Below are positions 19,468 through 27,454 of a DNA stretch of 39,411 nt, piece after piece. The translations under genes and the position numbers were made by a program. Below the pieces are notes generated by a model. That model ran no database searches, was not told the DNA's origin, and worked only from the letters and a program-made list of their open reading frames with translations. Source of the stretch: a virus (Duplodnaviria; Caudoviricetes); the IMG/VR virus record IMGVR_UViG_3300031890_000028, positions 1 to 39,411 of that record. One strand, 5' to 3'. Within the stretch, counting starts at the first letter, position 1; each line of letters opens with the position of its first letter.

Positions 19468-19507
19468 CCGGGACCAGGGCAGAGCACCGGCTCAGCCCTG
19501 GTCCCGG
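19468..19507 (+). other. Hairpin at the 5' border of array 1a
   Basis: CCGGGACCAGGGC/GCCCTGGTCCCGG 13-bp stem overlapping the first pentamers. Confidence 0.6.
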
Positions 19508-19913
19508 CTTGCAATGGCACAGCTTGGCTCCGGAGGCCCGGCTGGGCTGGGCGGCGCGCGGCAGCGCAGGGCTGCCGTGGCTTGGCCCGTCGTTGCCCGG
19601 AGTCGCGCCGCATGGCTCGGCATTACAGCGCATGGCCGGAGCGGCTTGGCCCGGCATGACCCGGCCCGGCATGGCCCGGTCGCGCAGGGCACGGCACCGC
19701 CTGGCGGTTTTGGCAAGGCTCGGCGCCGATCGCTCGGCACGGGCGGCAAGGCCGTCCCGGCTCGTCCTGTCGTGGCGGCGCGCGGACTGTCATGGCATCG
19801 CAAGGCAGCCGGGGCTAGGCGCGGCGGGCCCTGGGAAGGCGTGGTTAGGCAGCCTGGGCCAGGCTTGTCCTGGCGTCGCTGCGAGGGCATCGCTTGGCAT
19901 CGCGCTCACGGCC
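19501..19913 (+). ncRNA. (GGC)NN pentamer guide array 1a, 7 units
   Basis: 5-nt periodic GGC/cGC/GTC scaffold with a variable dinucleotide; units end in a GGCN tetramer. Confidence 0.85.
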
Positions 19914-19932
19914 GCGCAGGACCGGTGCCGCG

Positions 19933-20070
19933 ATGAGCGGCAACGGGCAGCGCAAGCCCTGCGCGCACCCGGACAAGCAGTATTTCCGTGACGAGGAACG
20001 GCCGGACGGGACGGTGCTGCGGCACTGGATTTGCCCTGACTGCCTGCAGCTGGGAGCTGACCCGCAATGA
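19933..20070 (+). CDS. 45-aa CxH..CxxC micro-protein interrupting the array
   Basis: MSGNGQRKPCAHPDKQYFRDEERPDGTVLRHWICPDCLQLGADPQ*; lies in the non-periodic gap between arrays 1a and 1b. Confidence 0.55.
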   Translation: MSGNGQRKPCAHPDKQYFRDEERPDGTVLRHWICPDCLQLGADPQ

Positions 20071-20101
20071 GCATCCGGGGCACGATCATCTTCGCCGTGG
20101 C

Positions 20102-21233
20102 GGCATAGCGGGGCCGGTGCCGCGTGGCTTGGAAGGACCGGCAAGGCGTCGCTGGGCGGGGCACAGCCGGAGGGGTGTCGCATGGCAGCCTTGGCCTGGC
20201 CGGGCCAGTCGAGGCATGGACAGTGCGGCAAGGCATGGTGCGGCTGGCAGGATGCGCATGGCCAGCCAGGGCTTGGCGCCGATGGCTAGGCAGTCATGGC
20301 GCAGCGCTACGCGGAGTGTCATGGCTCGGCTCGGCAGTCATGGCCGGGCTTTCCCCGGCGTGGCCAGCGCGGCGAGGCTTGGGCGGCAGTCGCGGCAGGG
20401 AGGGGCTCTTCCTGGCTAGGCCCGGCACGTTATGGCGCGGGCGGCTTGGCAGTCCTGGCGAGCACGACGGGGCTGTTAGGGCATGGCGTGGTTCGGCCGT
20501 CTAGGCTCTGTGCTGCAGGGCCACGCGCGGGATCGCCCGGTTCGGCTGTCCGGGCTAGGCACGGGCAGCGCGGCCAGGAGAGGCATGCGGGGCCAAGCCA
20601 GGCTGTCAAGGCTAGGCGCGGGCAGTGCGTGGCACGGATCGGCCAGGCGTGACGGGGCCAGGCTGTCAGGGCGAGGCCGTGCGCGGCACGGATCGGCCAG
20701 GCGCGGCGGGGCCAGGCTGTCAAGGCGGGGCTCGTCATGGCTGGGCCCGGGGCGCTCGTCCCGGTACGGCAAGGCAGCGCAGTCATGGCGAGGCACGGCA
20801 GGTCAAGGCCCGGCGTGGCCGGGCAGGATCGTGAGGCAAGGCATCGCCGGTCAAGGACCGGCATGGCCAGGCGAGGCACGGGCGGCCGGCACTGGCAGAA
20901 TACGCATGGCGAGGCGGGGCCTGGGCGGCAGGCGAGGCGGTGATGGGCCTGGCCTGGCGTGGCTTGGTGAGGCAAGGCGCGGCCCGGCAGTCCGGGTATG
21001 GCCTGGACTGGCATGGTGATGCGGGGCGCAGCGAGACGCGGCGTGGCCGTCGTGGCAACGCCGGGCGGCTAGTCATGGCTGGGCACCGCGTCGCGCGGCG
21101 GGGCATTGCCTGGCAGGAGATGCGTCGCGTGGCCCGGCGTTGCTTGGCTAGGCGAGGCGGGGCGAGGCTGCCGGCGCTGGGCAGGGCTGGGCATTTCTCG
21201 GCGGGGCTCGGCTCGGCATCTCGCGGCAAGGCA
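20102..21233 (+). ncRNA. (GGC)NN pentamer guide array 1b, about 20 units
   Basis: Same periodicity and unit delimiters as 1a. Confidence 0.85.
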
Positions 21234-21272
21234 GGACTCACCCCCCGGAAGAAGTAGGCCGAGGAGGTAGCC

Positions 21273-22388
21273 GTGTCCGATCTGTGGTTCGAGGCGTCAG
21301 CTGATCACGACCTGGAGGCGCGTGAGGCTGCGCTGGCCCAGGCCGAGGGGGCGATGGTGCCGATCTGGCCGTTCTTGTTCCAGTCGGTCTCTGAACGGGA
21401 GTTCGAGCACCGGCTGGCCTTCGCCGGCGACCGCCTGGAGCGGATCGCCGGCGCCTGCGGCCTGCCGCCGGGGGAGCTGGAGGACACCGCGCGGCGCCGC
21501 TACGCGCTGCTGAAGGAGGCGCTCGAAGAGGGCGTCGACCCGGTGGCCCCGGTGCTGCAGGCCGGCCAGAGCTTCGGCTCGGGGCCCGCGCAGGGCTACG
21601 GGCACGACGAGGGCCCGGACTTCAGCCACGGCTACTCCGAGATCCCCCAGGGCCCGCCCGGCGGCCCTGACCTGGCGGTGACCGGCGTGCCCGAGCCCGC
21701 CATGGCCGCGCCGCAGCAGCAGGCGACCGCGAGCCTGTGCCGGTGCGGCAGCAGGCTCACCAGGAAGGCCAGGTGCAAGGCCTGCAGGCACCCGGCCGCC
21801 AAGTGCATGTGCCGCACCGCCCAGGGGCTCGCGACCATGACCGGCCCCGCGATGTCGGGGCCCGCGCCGACCATCAGCGGCGGCGGCGGCGGCCTGGGAG
21901 GCGGCACCGCCATGACTCCCGTCCAGATGGGCACCGGCCCGGCCCGGGGCGGTGCGGGGATGCCCGGGGCACAGTCCGGGGCGGGTGCCCAGGGCTATGA
22001 CCTGACGCCCGACCAGGATGTCACGGCCGCGCGCCGTGACCCGGTGCGCCGCCAGGTCGAGGCGATCGCCGCCTCGGTGGCCGCGTCCAACCCGCAGCTG
22101 CCCGCGTCCGAGTGCCGCCGGGTGGCCCGCCGCGTGGTAGGCGGCTACCTGCGCCGGGCCGACCTGGCCTCCTCGGTGATGAGCGACGAGCCGTGGGCAG
22201 GCTCATCCGGATCCGCCGGCAGCGGGAGCGGCGGATCCGGGGACGGCGGCGGCGGCATGCTCCAGCATCACCTGGAGTGGAAGGGGCTGCAGAGCATGAT
22301 GCCCGGCGGCGGCGGCGGGGGAGCGGCGGCGGGCGCGGGCGAGGCGGCCGGCGGGCTGGCCGACGTCGCCGAGCTGGCCGCGCTGTGA
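21273..22388 (+). CDS. Probable virion/head-associated protein, Gly-rich
   Basis: GAGGAGG RBS; MSDLWFEAS..WPFL..EFEHRLA; R/K-x-A linkers. Confidence 0.7.
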   Translation: MSDLWFEASADHDLEAREAALAQAEGAMVPIWPFLFQSVSEREFEHRLAFAGDRLERIAGACGLPPGELEDTARRRYALLKEALEEGVDPVAPVLQAGQSFGSGPAQGYGHDEGPDFSHGYSEIPQGPPGGPDLAVTGVPEPAMAAPQQQATASLCRCGSRLTRKARCKACRHPAAKCMCRTAQGLATMTGPAMSGPAPTISGGGGGLGGGTAMTPVQMGTGPARGGAGMPGAQSGAGAQGYDLTPDQDVTAARRDPVRRQVEAIAASVAASNPQLPASECRRVARRVVGGYLRRADLASSVMSDEPWAGSSGSAGSGSGGSGDGGGGMLQHHLEWKGLQSMMPGGGGGGAAAGAGEAAGGLADVAELAAL

Positions 22389-22403
22389 GCGCCTGGCCGC
22401 CGG

Positions 22404-22514
22404 GTGGGCTCCAACGGGGACGGCAAGTGCCGCTCGTGCGGCCACCCGCTGGCGCAGCACGTGGGCGGTGATTGCCGGGTGTGCTACGCGGACGGCGGGC
22501 CCTGCGCGCCCTAG
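22404..22514 (+). CDS. 36-aa Cys/His micro-protein
   Basis: VGSNGDGKCRSCGHPLAQHVGGDCRVCYADGGPCAP*, similar to the 572..778 product; start uncertain. Confidence 0.4.
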   Translation: MGSNGDGKCRSCGHPLAQHVGGDCRVCYADGGPCAP

Positions 22515-22714
22515 GACGCGGCAAGCGTCTCCATGAACCTTGATACGGCCGGGACCCCATCACACCGGGTCCCGGCCGTCAGGCCCGCAGCGGCCGTCTC
22601 CGGGCCGCGCAGGGGGCATTACGGGCCTCCAGTCAGGACACTCGCTGCAGCCGGGGCAGTGCACCGGGCAGTGCGTCTCGATCTCCTGGATCCGCCACCG
22701 GTTCGGAATGCCGC

Positions 22715-24049
22715 TCAGCCGCTCGGCGTGTAGCTGAACGAGCGCAGGATCACGGTCGTCGCCGGGATGCCCGGATTGTTCTGGCCCTGGGTCCACAGGT
22801 TCATGATCACCTGCTGGCCGCCCGTGGGCGGGATGGACACCGTGCCCGCGTACGGGTTGCCGCCATAGGTCTCGGTCCAGTTGTACTGCTCGCCCTGGGT
22901 CATGGTCAGCGTGTAGTCCGGCGGCGGCGCGGCAGCCAGGCCGGTGATGTCGGAGTACCAGATATTCCAGGTGATGTGGTCCGGCCACCAGTTGAACTCG
23001 ACCGTCGAGACCGGGTGCCCGGCCGGGACCGGCTGCTGCGACCCGTCCAGCAGGGTGTGGCACTGCTGGCCGTAGGTGGCGGGCACGCCCGAGGTCACGG
23101 TCGCGCTGGTGTCCTGGTAGTAGCCGAGCATCCAGAATGTGCCCGGCGTCTGGACGCCCTCCGGCGACCAGTCCGAGACCTCGATGTCGATTTCCTTCTG
23201 GCCGTGCGGGCCGCCCTTGCCGTACTGGTTGGCCGGCGTGGTGCTCGCCGAGCCGTAGGCCCAGAAGGTGAACAGGCCGAGCACGATGGTCGGGTCGATG
23301 GCGGCCATGTCGGTGCCGAGCACCCACCGGTAGCGGCCGTAGCCCCAGGTCGAGCTGTTCCCGCTGATGCCCAGGTCGCCGCGCACCGAGTCGACCTCGG
23401 CGCCGAGCGTGGCCCCGCCGGACTGGGTGATCTTCAGGTTCAGGTAGCCATCGGAGTCGACGAACGCGTTCGCCTGGGCGGGCCAGCCCGAGCCGGTGCC
23501 CCAGGTCTGGATCTCCCAGGTGTGGCCCATCCAGCTCAGCGAGGGCCCGCTGAACGCGGGCTCGGAGCCGCCTGACCCGGACGGCACGGACGGCTGCGGC
23601 GGCGTGGTCGCGGCGGCCGGCACCGCGATGGTGACGGTGGCGGTGACGTCCTGGGGAGCCGCGCCGGAGATGGTCAGGTCGGAAACCGTCACGTTCACTC
23701 CCGCCTGGATCGCTGCGGTCGGGGCCAGTACGCAGTCGCTGCCCGGGGCGCCGGCCGAGCCGTCGCAGACGGCGGCCCCGGACGGGCCGGTGACCCGGAA
23801 CCAGGCGGCGGTCCCGGGCGCGGCTGCCCTGACCGCGCTCAGGGCCCCGGTCGACGCGGAGATGATGCCGCCTGAGGTGGTGCCGGTCATCGCCGGGAGC
23901 TTCACCGAGGCGAGCAGCACCTGGCCGCTCAGCGCGGTGCCGGGCCCGGCGGGCTGGCTGCCGTCATAGATGCCCAGCGTGCCGTTGCTGGCCCCGCTGA
24001 TCACCGATGCCGCTGTCGCTCCCGGCAGGAACGTCAGGTTTGACGTCAT
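22715..24049 (-). CDS. Virion-type N-terminal domain fused to a GH16-like glycoside hydrolase
   Basis: Catalytic EIDIE motif, VDSDGYLNLKI, WGYGRYRW; N-terminal IYDGSQP..GTAAWFR..DG domain; GAAGGAG RBS. Confidence 0.75.
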   Translation of the reverse strand: MTSNLTFLPGATAASVISGASNGTLGIYDGSQPAGPGTALSGQVLLASVKLPAMTGTTSGGIISASTGALSAVRAAAPGTAAWFRVTGPSGAAVCDGSAGAPGSDCVLAPTAAIQAGVNVTVSDLTISGAAPQDVTATVTIAVPAAATTPPQPSVPSGSGGSEPAFSGPSLSWMGHTWEIQTWGTGSGWPAQANAFVDSDGYLNLKITQSGGATLGAEVDSVRGDLGISGNSSTWGYGRYRWVLGTDMAAIDPTIVLGLFTFWAYGSASTTPANQYGKGGPHGQKEIDIEVSDWSPEGVQTPGTFWMLGYYQDTSATVTSGVPATYGQQCHTLLDGSQQPVPAGHPVSTVEFNWWPDHITWNIWYSDITGLAAAPPPDYTLTMTQGEQYNWTETYGGNPYAGTVSIPPTGGQQVIMNLWTQGQNNPGIPATTVILRSFSYTPSG

Positions 24050-24194
24050 GAGTCTTCTCTCTCCTTCGTGCGGGCCGGAGCCGGACCAGGGCCAGGACCG
24101 CCATGGTCACGGTGAAGACCGCGACCGTGCGGCCCAGCCACGTGTACAGCAGCGGCACATGGGCATGGCTTATGACCGCCAGGACAACGTGCAT
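23964..24194 (-). CDS. Possible small membrane protein
   Basis: Hydrophobic stretch; overlaps the GH16 gene start. Confidence 0.3.
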   Translation of the reverse strand: MHVVLAVISHAHVPLLYTWLGRTVAVFTVTMAVLALVRLRPARRREKTHDVKPDVPAGSDSGIGDQRGQQRHAGHL

Positions 24195-24245
24195 ATCAAT
24201 ATTCCTTACTCTACCCTGAGCCAGGATGACGGGGCTGGCGGAGCG

Positions 24246-25496
24246 CTACTTGACCGACGTCCCGGCGCCCCAGCTGGATTGCCGGTTCCGGACCAGCCGC
24301 CACAGCGCCCGGGAGTAGATGACCTGCCGGGCCGCCGAGTACAGCAGGTCCGGCCCGATCATCAGCGTGGCCAGGATGGCCGGCGACCCGGCCCGGCGGG
24401 CCTGCCAGGCCTGTTCCAGCACCACGATGGTGATGCCGATCGCGTAGATGGGCGAGTTCAGCGGGTTGATGCCCTGCCAGCCGAACAGGTAGAACGACCA
24501 GGCCAGGTAGACGGCCGTCAGCGGGCTGGCGATCATCACCACGTAGATGAGGATCTGCCGGATGATCATCTCCCGGGTGTCTTTCGACCAGCCGTACTGG
24601 CGCAGCGCGAACAGCGTGCCGTGCTGCCAGCGCAGCCGCTGGGTCCCCCAGTCCCTCCAGTTCTCCATGACGTCGGTGGTGACCGAGCAGTCCGCCGGGG
24701 CGACCGCCGCGATGCCCATCCGCCGCACGGCCAGGGTCAGCTCGAAGTCCTCGGTGATGTGCGCGACGTCGTAGACGGTGCCCTGCGGCCGGGACGCGGC
24801 CACCGCCCGCAGCGTGCCGGCGGGCAGCGCCCAGCCGGTGCCCGACAGCACGTCGCAGTGCAGCTTGCGGTGCTGGTGCCGGGCGAACCGGGCGAACTCC
24901 GCCCGCTGCAGCAGCCCGAGCATCCGCCCGCCGGGACGGCCGTGGAACGTGGCGCCGACCGCGCCGTAGCCCTTCCCCAGCCACTTCAGCGCGTTCTCGA
25001 TGAAGTCCTCCCCGGGCACCGAGTCGGCGTCGAAGCCCGTCACGATGTCATCGTCGCGCAGGCCGGGCAGCAGCAGCGCCAGTGCCCGGTTCAGGTTCCC
25101 GGCCTTGCGGTCGCTGTTGCCGACCGTGCTGGCCACCGACGCGCCCAGGGCGAACGCCGTCTCGGCGGTGACGCCGAGCGGGTGCTCCTCGTCCTCGTCG
25201 GTGCAGTTGTCGGCGAAGACGTAGATCCAGTCCGGCGGCCGGGTCTGGCCCTGCAGCGCCCTGATGGTGTCCCCGATCGTGAGGCCCTCGTTGTGCGCGG
25301 GCAGCAGCGCCAGCACTCTCGGGGGCCCGGCGTCAGGGGGCCTGTGCCGGTGCCCCAGCTCCCGCAGCTTGCCGATGACGATGGCCGGCAGCGGCTGGGT
25401 CGGCATCGCGTCCTGGGTGATCGCGGGCATCGTGATGGTCGGCGTCGTGTCTTCCTCGAAGGCGAACCTGCGCGTTCTCTCATGTGAAGGCAGCAA
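24246..25496 (-). CDS. Membrane-bound processive GT2 glycosyltransferase
   Basis: LLPAHNE, ADNCTD, KAGNLN, DAD, TED and QRLRW motifs plus C-terminal TM helices; start uncertain. Confidence 0.9.
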   Translation of the reverse strand: MLPSHERTRRFAFEEDTTPTITMPAITQDAMPTQPLPAIVIGKLRELGHRHRPPDAGPPRVLALLPAHNEGLTIGDTIRALQGQTRPPDWIYVFADNCTDEDEEHPLGVTAETAFALGASVASTVGNSDRKAGNLNRALALLLPGLRDDDIVTGFDADSVPGEDFIENALKWLGKGYGAVGATFHGRPGGRMLGLLQRAEFARFARHQHRKLHCDVLSGTGWALPAGTLRAVAASRPQGTVYDVAHITEDFELTLAVRRMGIAAVAPADCSVTTDVMENWRDWGTQRLRWQHGTLFALRQYGWSKDTREMIIRQILIYVVMIASPLTAVYLAWSFYLFGWQGINPLNSPIYAIGITIVVLEQAWQARRAGSPAILATLMIGPDLLYSAARQVIYSRALWRLVRNRQSSWGAGTSVK

Positions 25497-25589
25497 GCGC
25501 CTCCACCCCCCTAGGTCCGTTGGTAGTCAGAGCTTGCCAGTGTACCAATAAAGATTGAGCATGAAGGCGCGTTCCTGGCAACGCCCGGA

Positions 25590-25793
25590 TCACCGTAGCA
25601 GGTCCCGGCTCTTCCCGGCCCGCCGGGCCCGGCGCCGGCCCGCCAGCTCGCGCGGCCACTTCCACGGGGCCATGTACCGGGTCGCCCTGACCCGCTCGCC
25701 GTGCCTGCTGCAGCGGTGCCCGCACTCCGTGCACCGCCAGGCCCTCATCCTGGCGTCCCGCACGGCGTGCACCCCGTGGGCGGCGCAGCTCAC
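25590..25793 (-). CDS. Small CxxC protein
   Basis: GTGA overlap with the upstream stop. Confidence 0.5.
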   Translation of the reverse strand: MSCAAHGVHAVRDARMRAWRCTECGHRCSRHGERVRATRYMAPWKWPRELAGRRRARRAGKSRDLLR

Positions 25794-26464
25794 GGCCAGT
25801 CCTCCCTGTCATCCGGGTTCAGGTACAGCCCGCCAGGGTTCCGCGAGGTGAGCATGCCCAGGTGATCGATCGGGGGAATTGTCCTTCCGAGCGCGGGCGT
25901 GTCGGCGATGGCGGCCAGGATCTCCCCGGCCGGCCACTCCTGCATGGGCCCGCTGGCCAGCTGCATCCAGCCCCGGCGGTCCAGCGGCCCCAGGATCTCC
26001 AGGAAGCGCCTGGCCTGCTCTGACAGCTCGAAGGAGGGCGTCAGCCCGATGACCTCGCTCGTGGGGTCATCGGGCCGCCCGTAGGCCCAGATTGAGCCCT
26101 TCCCGTGCGGGCGGTGGCTCAGCTTCCAGGCGTAGTCGACCGTGATGAGCGGCATCGCCCCGGCACCGTCCGCGCCCCGGGCGCGCAAGGTGGCGACCCG
26201 GGTCGGGTCGACGAGCACTGCCTCCGGGTCGTACACGTCCCAGCCGAGCACGATCCAGCTGTGCTGGCTGCTGATACCCTCGGCCATGCCGCGTGCCACC
26301 CGGCCGGGCCCGAAGGCGCCGGTCCTCAGCAGCCCGATCGAGACCTTGTGGCACTGGCCGGCCCAGTGCTCGGGCGGGATGCCGATTGTCCCGGCCAGCG
26401 AGCTGACCACCTGGGCGGCCCGCCGGGCCTGCTCCAGTGTGTAGAACTGCCTGGTCATTGTCAT
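25790..26464 (-). CDS. Hypothetical protein
   Basis: ATGA overlap with the DUF2786 gene stop; WAGQCH..QHSWIV..DPT (transglutaminase-like C/H/D possible). Confidence 0.7.
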   Translation of the reverse strand: MTMTRQFYTLEQARRAAQVVSSLAGTIGIPPEHWAGQCHKVSIGLLRTGAFGPGRVARGMAEGISSQHSWIVLGWDVYDPEAVLVDPTRVATLRARGADGAGAMPLITVDYAWKLSHRPHGKGSIWAYGRPDDPTSEVIGLTPSFELSEQARRFLEILGPLDRRGWMQLASGPMQEWPAGEILAAIADTPALGRTIPPIDHLGMLTSRNPGGLYLNPDDREDWP

Positions 26465-27177
26465 GTCAGCGCGCCAGCGGAACGGGCCTTCACCTTCGCG
26501 CTGCCGATGTCGGCCTTCTGCCCTTCGAGGTAGCCATTGACGTAGCCGTTGCCTGAGTAGGTGACCCGGGCCCGCCGGGTGTTGGGGTAGGCCTGCTCGG
26601 CGTGGCGGCGGACGGTCAGCGCGCGGTCGGCGAGCACCAGCGCGGTCGACGGCCCGCCATCGGGCCCGGACGGCGCCGTCCTGGCGGCTGCCGCCTCGGC
26701 GGCCCGGACCCGGGCGACGACCGCCGAGGCGTAGCCGAGCATCCATGACCGCCGCCACGCCTTCGCCCGGCCGCCCACGGCCGGGACCGGCTCCAGGGCC
26801 AGCGCCCGGTGCATCTGCACCAGCAGCGACGTGAACAGGATGTCGGTGCGCTCCAGGTCGGACAGGTAGCCGAACACGTGCACCCGGCTGCCCGGCTCGC
26901 GCCGGCTCAGCAGGATGCACTGGCAGCGCAGCGCGGACGCCAGGCCGGCCAGCAGGTGCGCCTTGACCCCGGCCCACGGGTTGTCCAGGTCGAAAACGCG
27001 GTCGCCGGGCTTGTCGCTCTCCGGCCGCAGCGCCCCGAGCAGCGCCCGGTCGATGCCGTAGCGGGCCATCAGCTCGGCGGCCTTGGCGGTCAGCGCCTCT
27101 GCCTCGTGCGGCGTGCACCCCTCGTCCTCGGCCTTGCTCAGGAGTTTCCGCACCCGGTCCAGCAGCTCGTTATTCAT
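26461..27177 (-). CDS. DUF2786-domain protein
   Basis: LLDRVRKLLSKAE..EAEALTAKAAELMARYGID; GAGGAG RBS. Confidence 0.85.
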   Translation of the reverse strand: MNNELLDRVRKLLSKAEDEGCTPHEAEALTAKAAELMARYGIDRALLGALRPESDKPGDRVFDLDNPWAGVKAHLLAGLASALRCQCILLSRREPGSRVHVFGYLSDLERTDILFTSLLVQMHRALALEPVPAVGGRAKAWRRSWMLGYASAVVARVRAAEAAAARTAPSGPDGGPSTALVLADRALTVRRHAEQAYPNTRRARVTYSGNGYVNGYLEGQKADIGSAKVKARSAGALT

Positions 27178-27454
27178 GATGATGCTCCTCTGGCTTCCTT
27201 TTCTGTTCCCCCGGGCGCTCCAGGCGCCAGCGCCTGCTCACGCGATCCGGTCCCGCCCGCAGCCAGCCGGCGGCGCGCCAGAAGACGGCCTGGCCGTCGA
27301 GGATGCGCACCCGGATGAACATCGCGTCGAAGACGGGATCATCGGCGGCCACCACGATCCCGATCAGGGGCTCGGCGCCCTCGACGGGCCGCCCGTGCTC
27401 ATCGTGCTCGATGATCTTGATCTCGCAGCCGGGCGGCGCGTTCAGGTCGCTCAC
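27170..27454 (-). CDS. Hypothetical protein
   Basis: GTGA-coupled within the operon. Confidence 0.55.
   Translation of the reverse strand: MSDLNAPPGCEIKIIEHDEHGRPVEGAEPLIGIVVAADDPVFDAMFIRVRILDGQAVFWRAAGWLRAGPDRVSRRWRLERPGEQKRKPEEHHHE

Noticed and set aside
19506-19569. Sense reading of the first unit as methyltransferase motif I (FIT[FL]SDPCCGA)
   Set aside because: The last two positions give S/R rather than GG, and the antisense reading LLAPHHGS fits better. It also shows that chance motif-like readings are possible, so shuffled controls are needed.
20250-20290. Guide unit possibly self-targeting the TATCAA-N6-TTGATA operator
   Set aside because: The gapped pattern TG.AT.CA.AG.TT.GC.AT.TA does not align with any operator copy. 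I found no self-target in the window by eye (not exhaustive).
19501-21233. Canonical CRISPR array or simple microsatellite
   Set aside because: No 25-45 bp identical repeats with unique spacers and no cas1/cas2. The variable positions are high-entropy and decode to motifs, unlike a slippage microsatellite.
19457-21257. Many overlapping R/A/G/W/P-rich ORFs on both strands
   Set aside because: By-products of the stop-poor 5-nt repeat: no RBS, no codon bias, and all frames look alike
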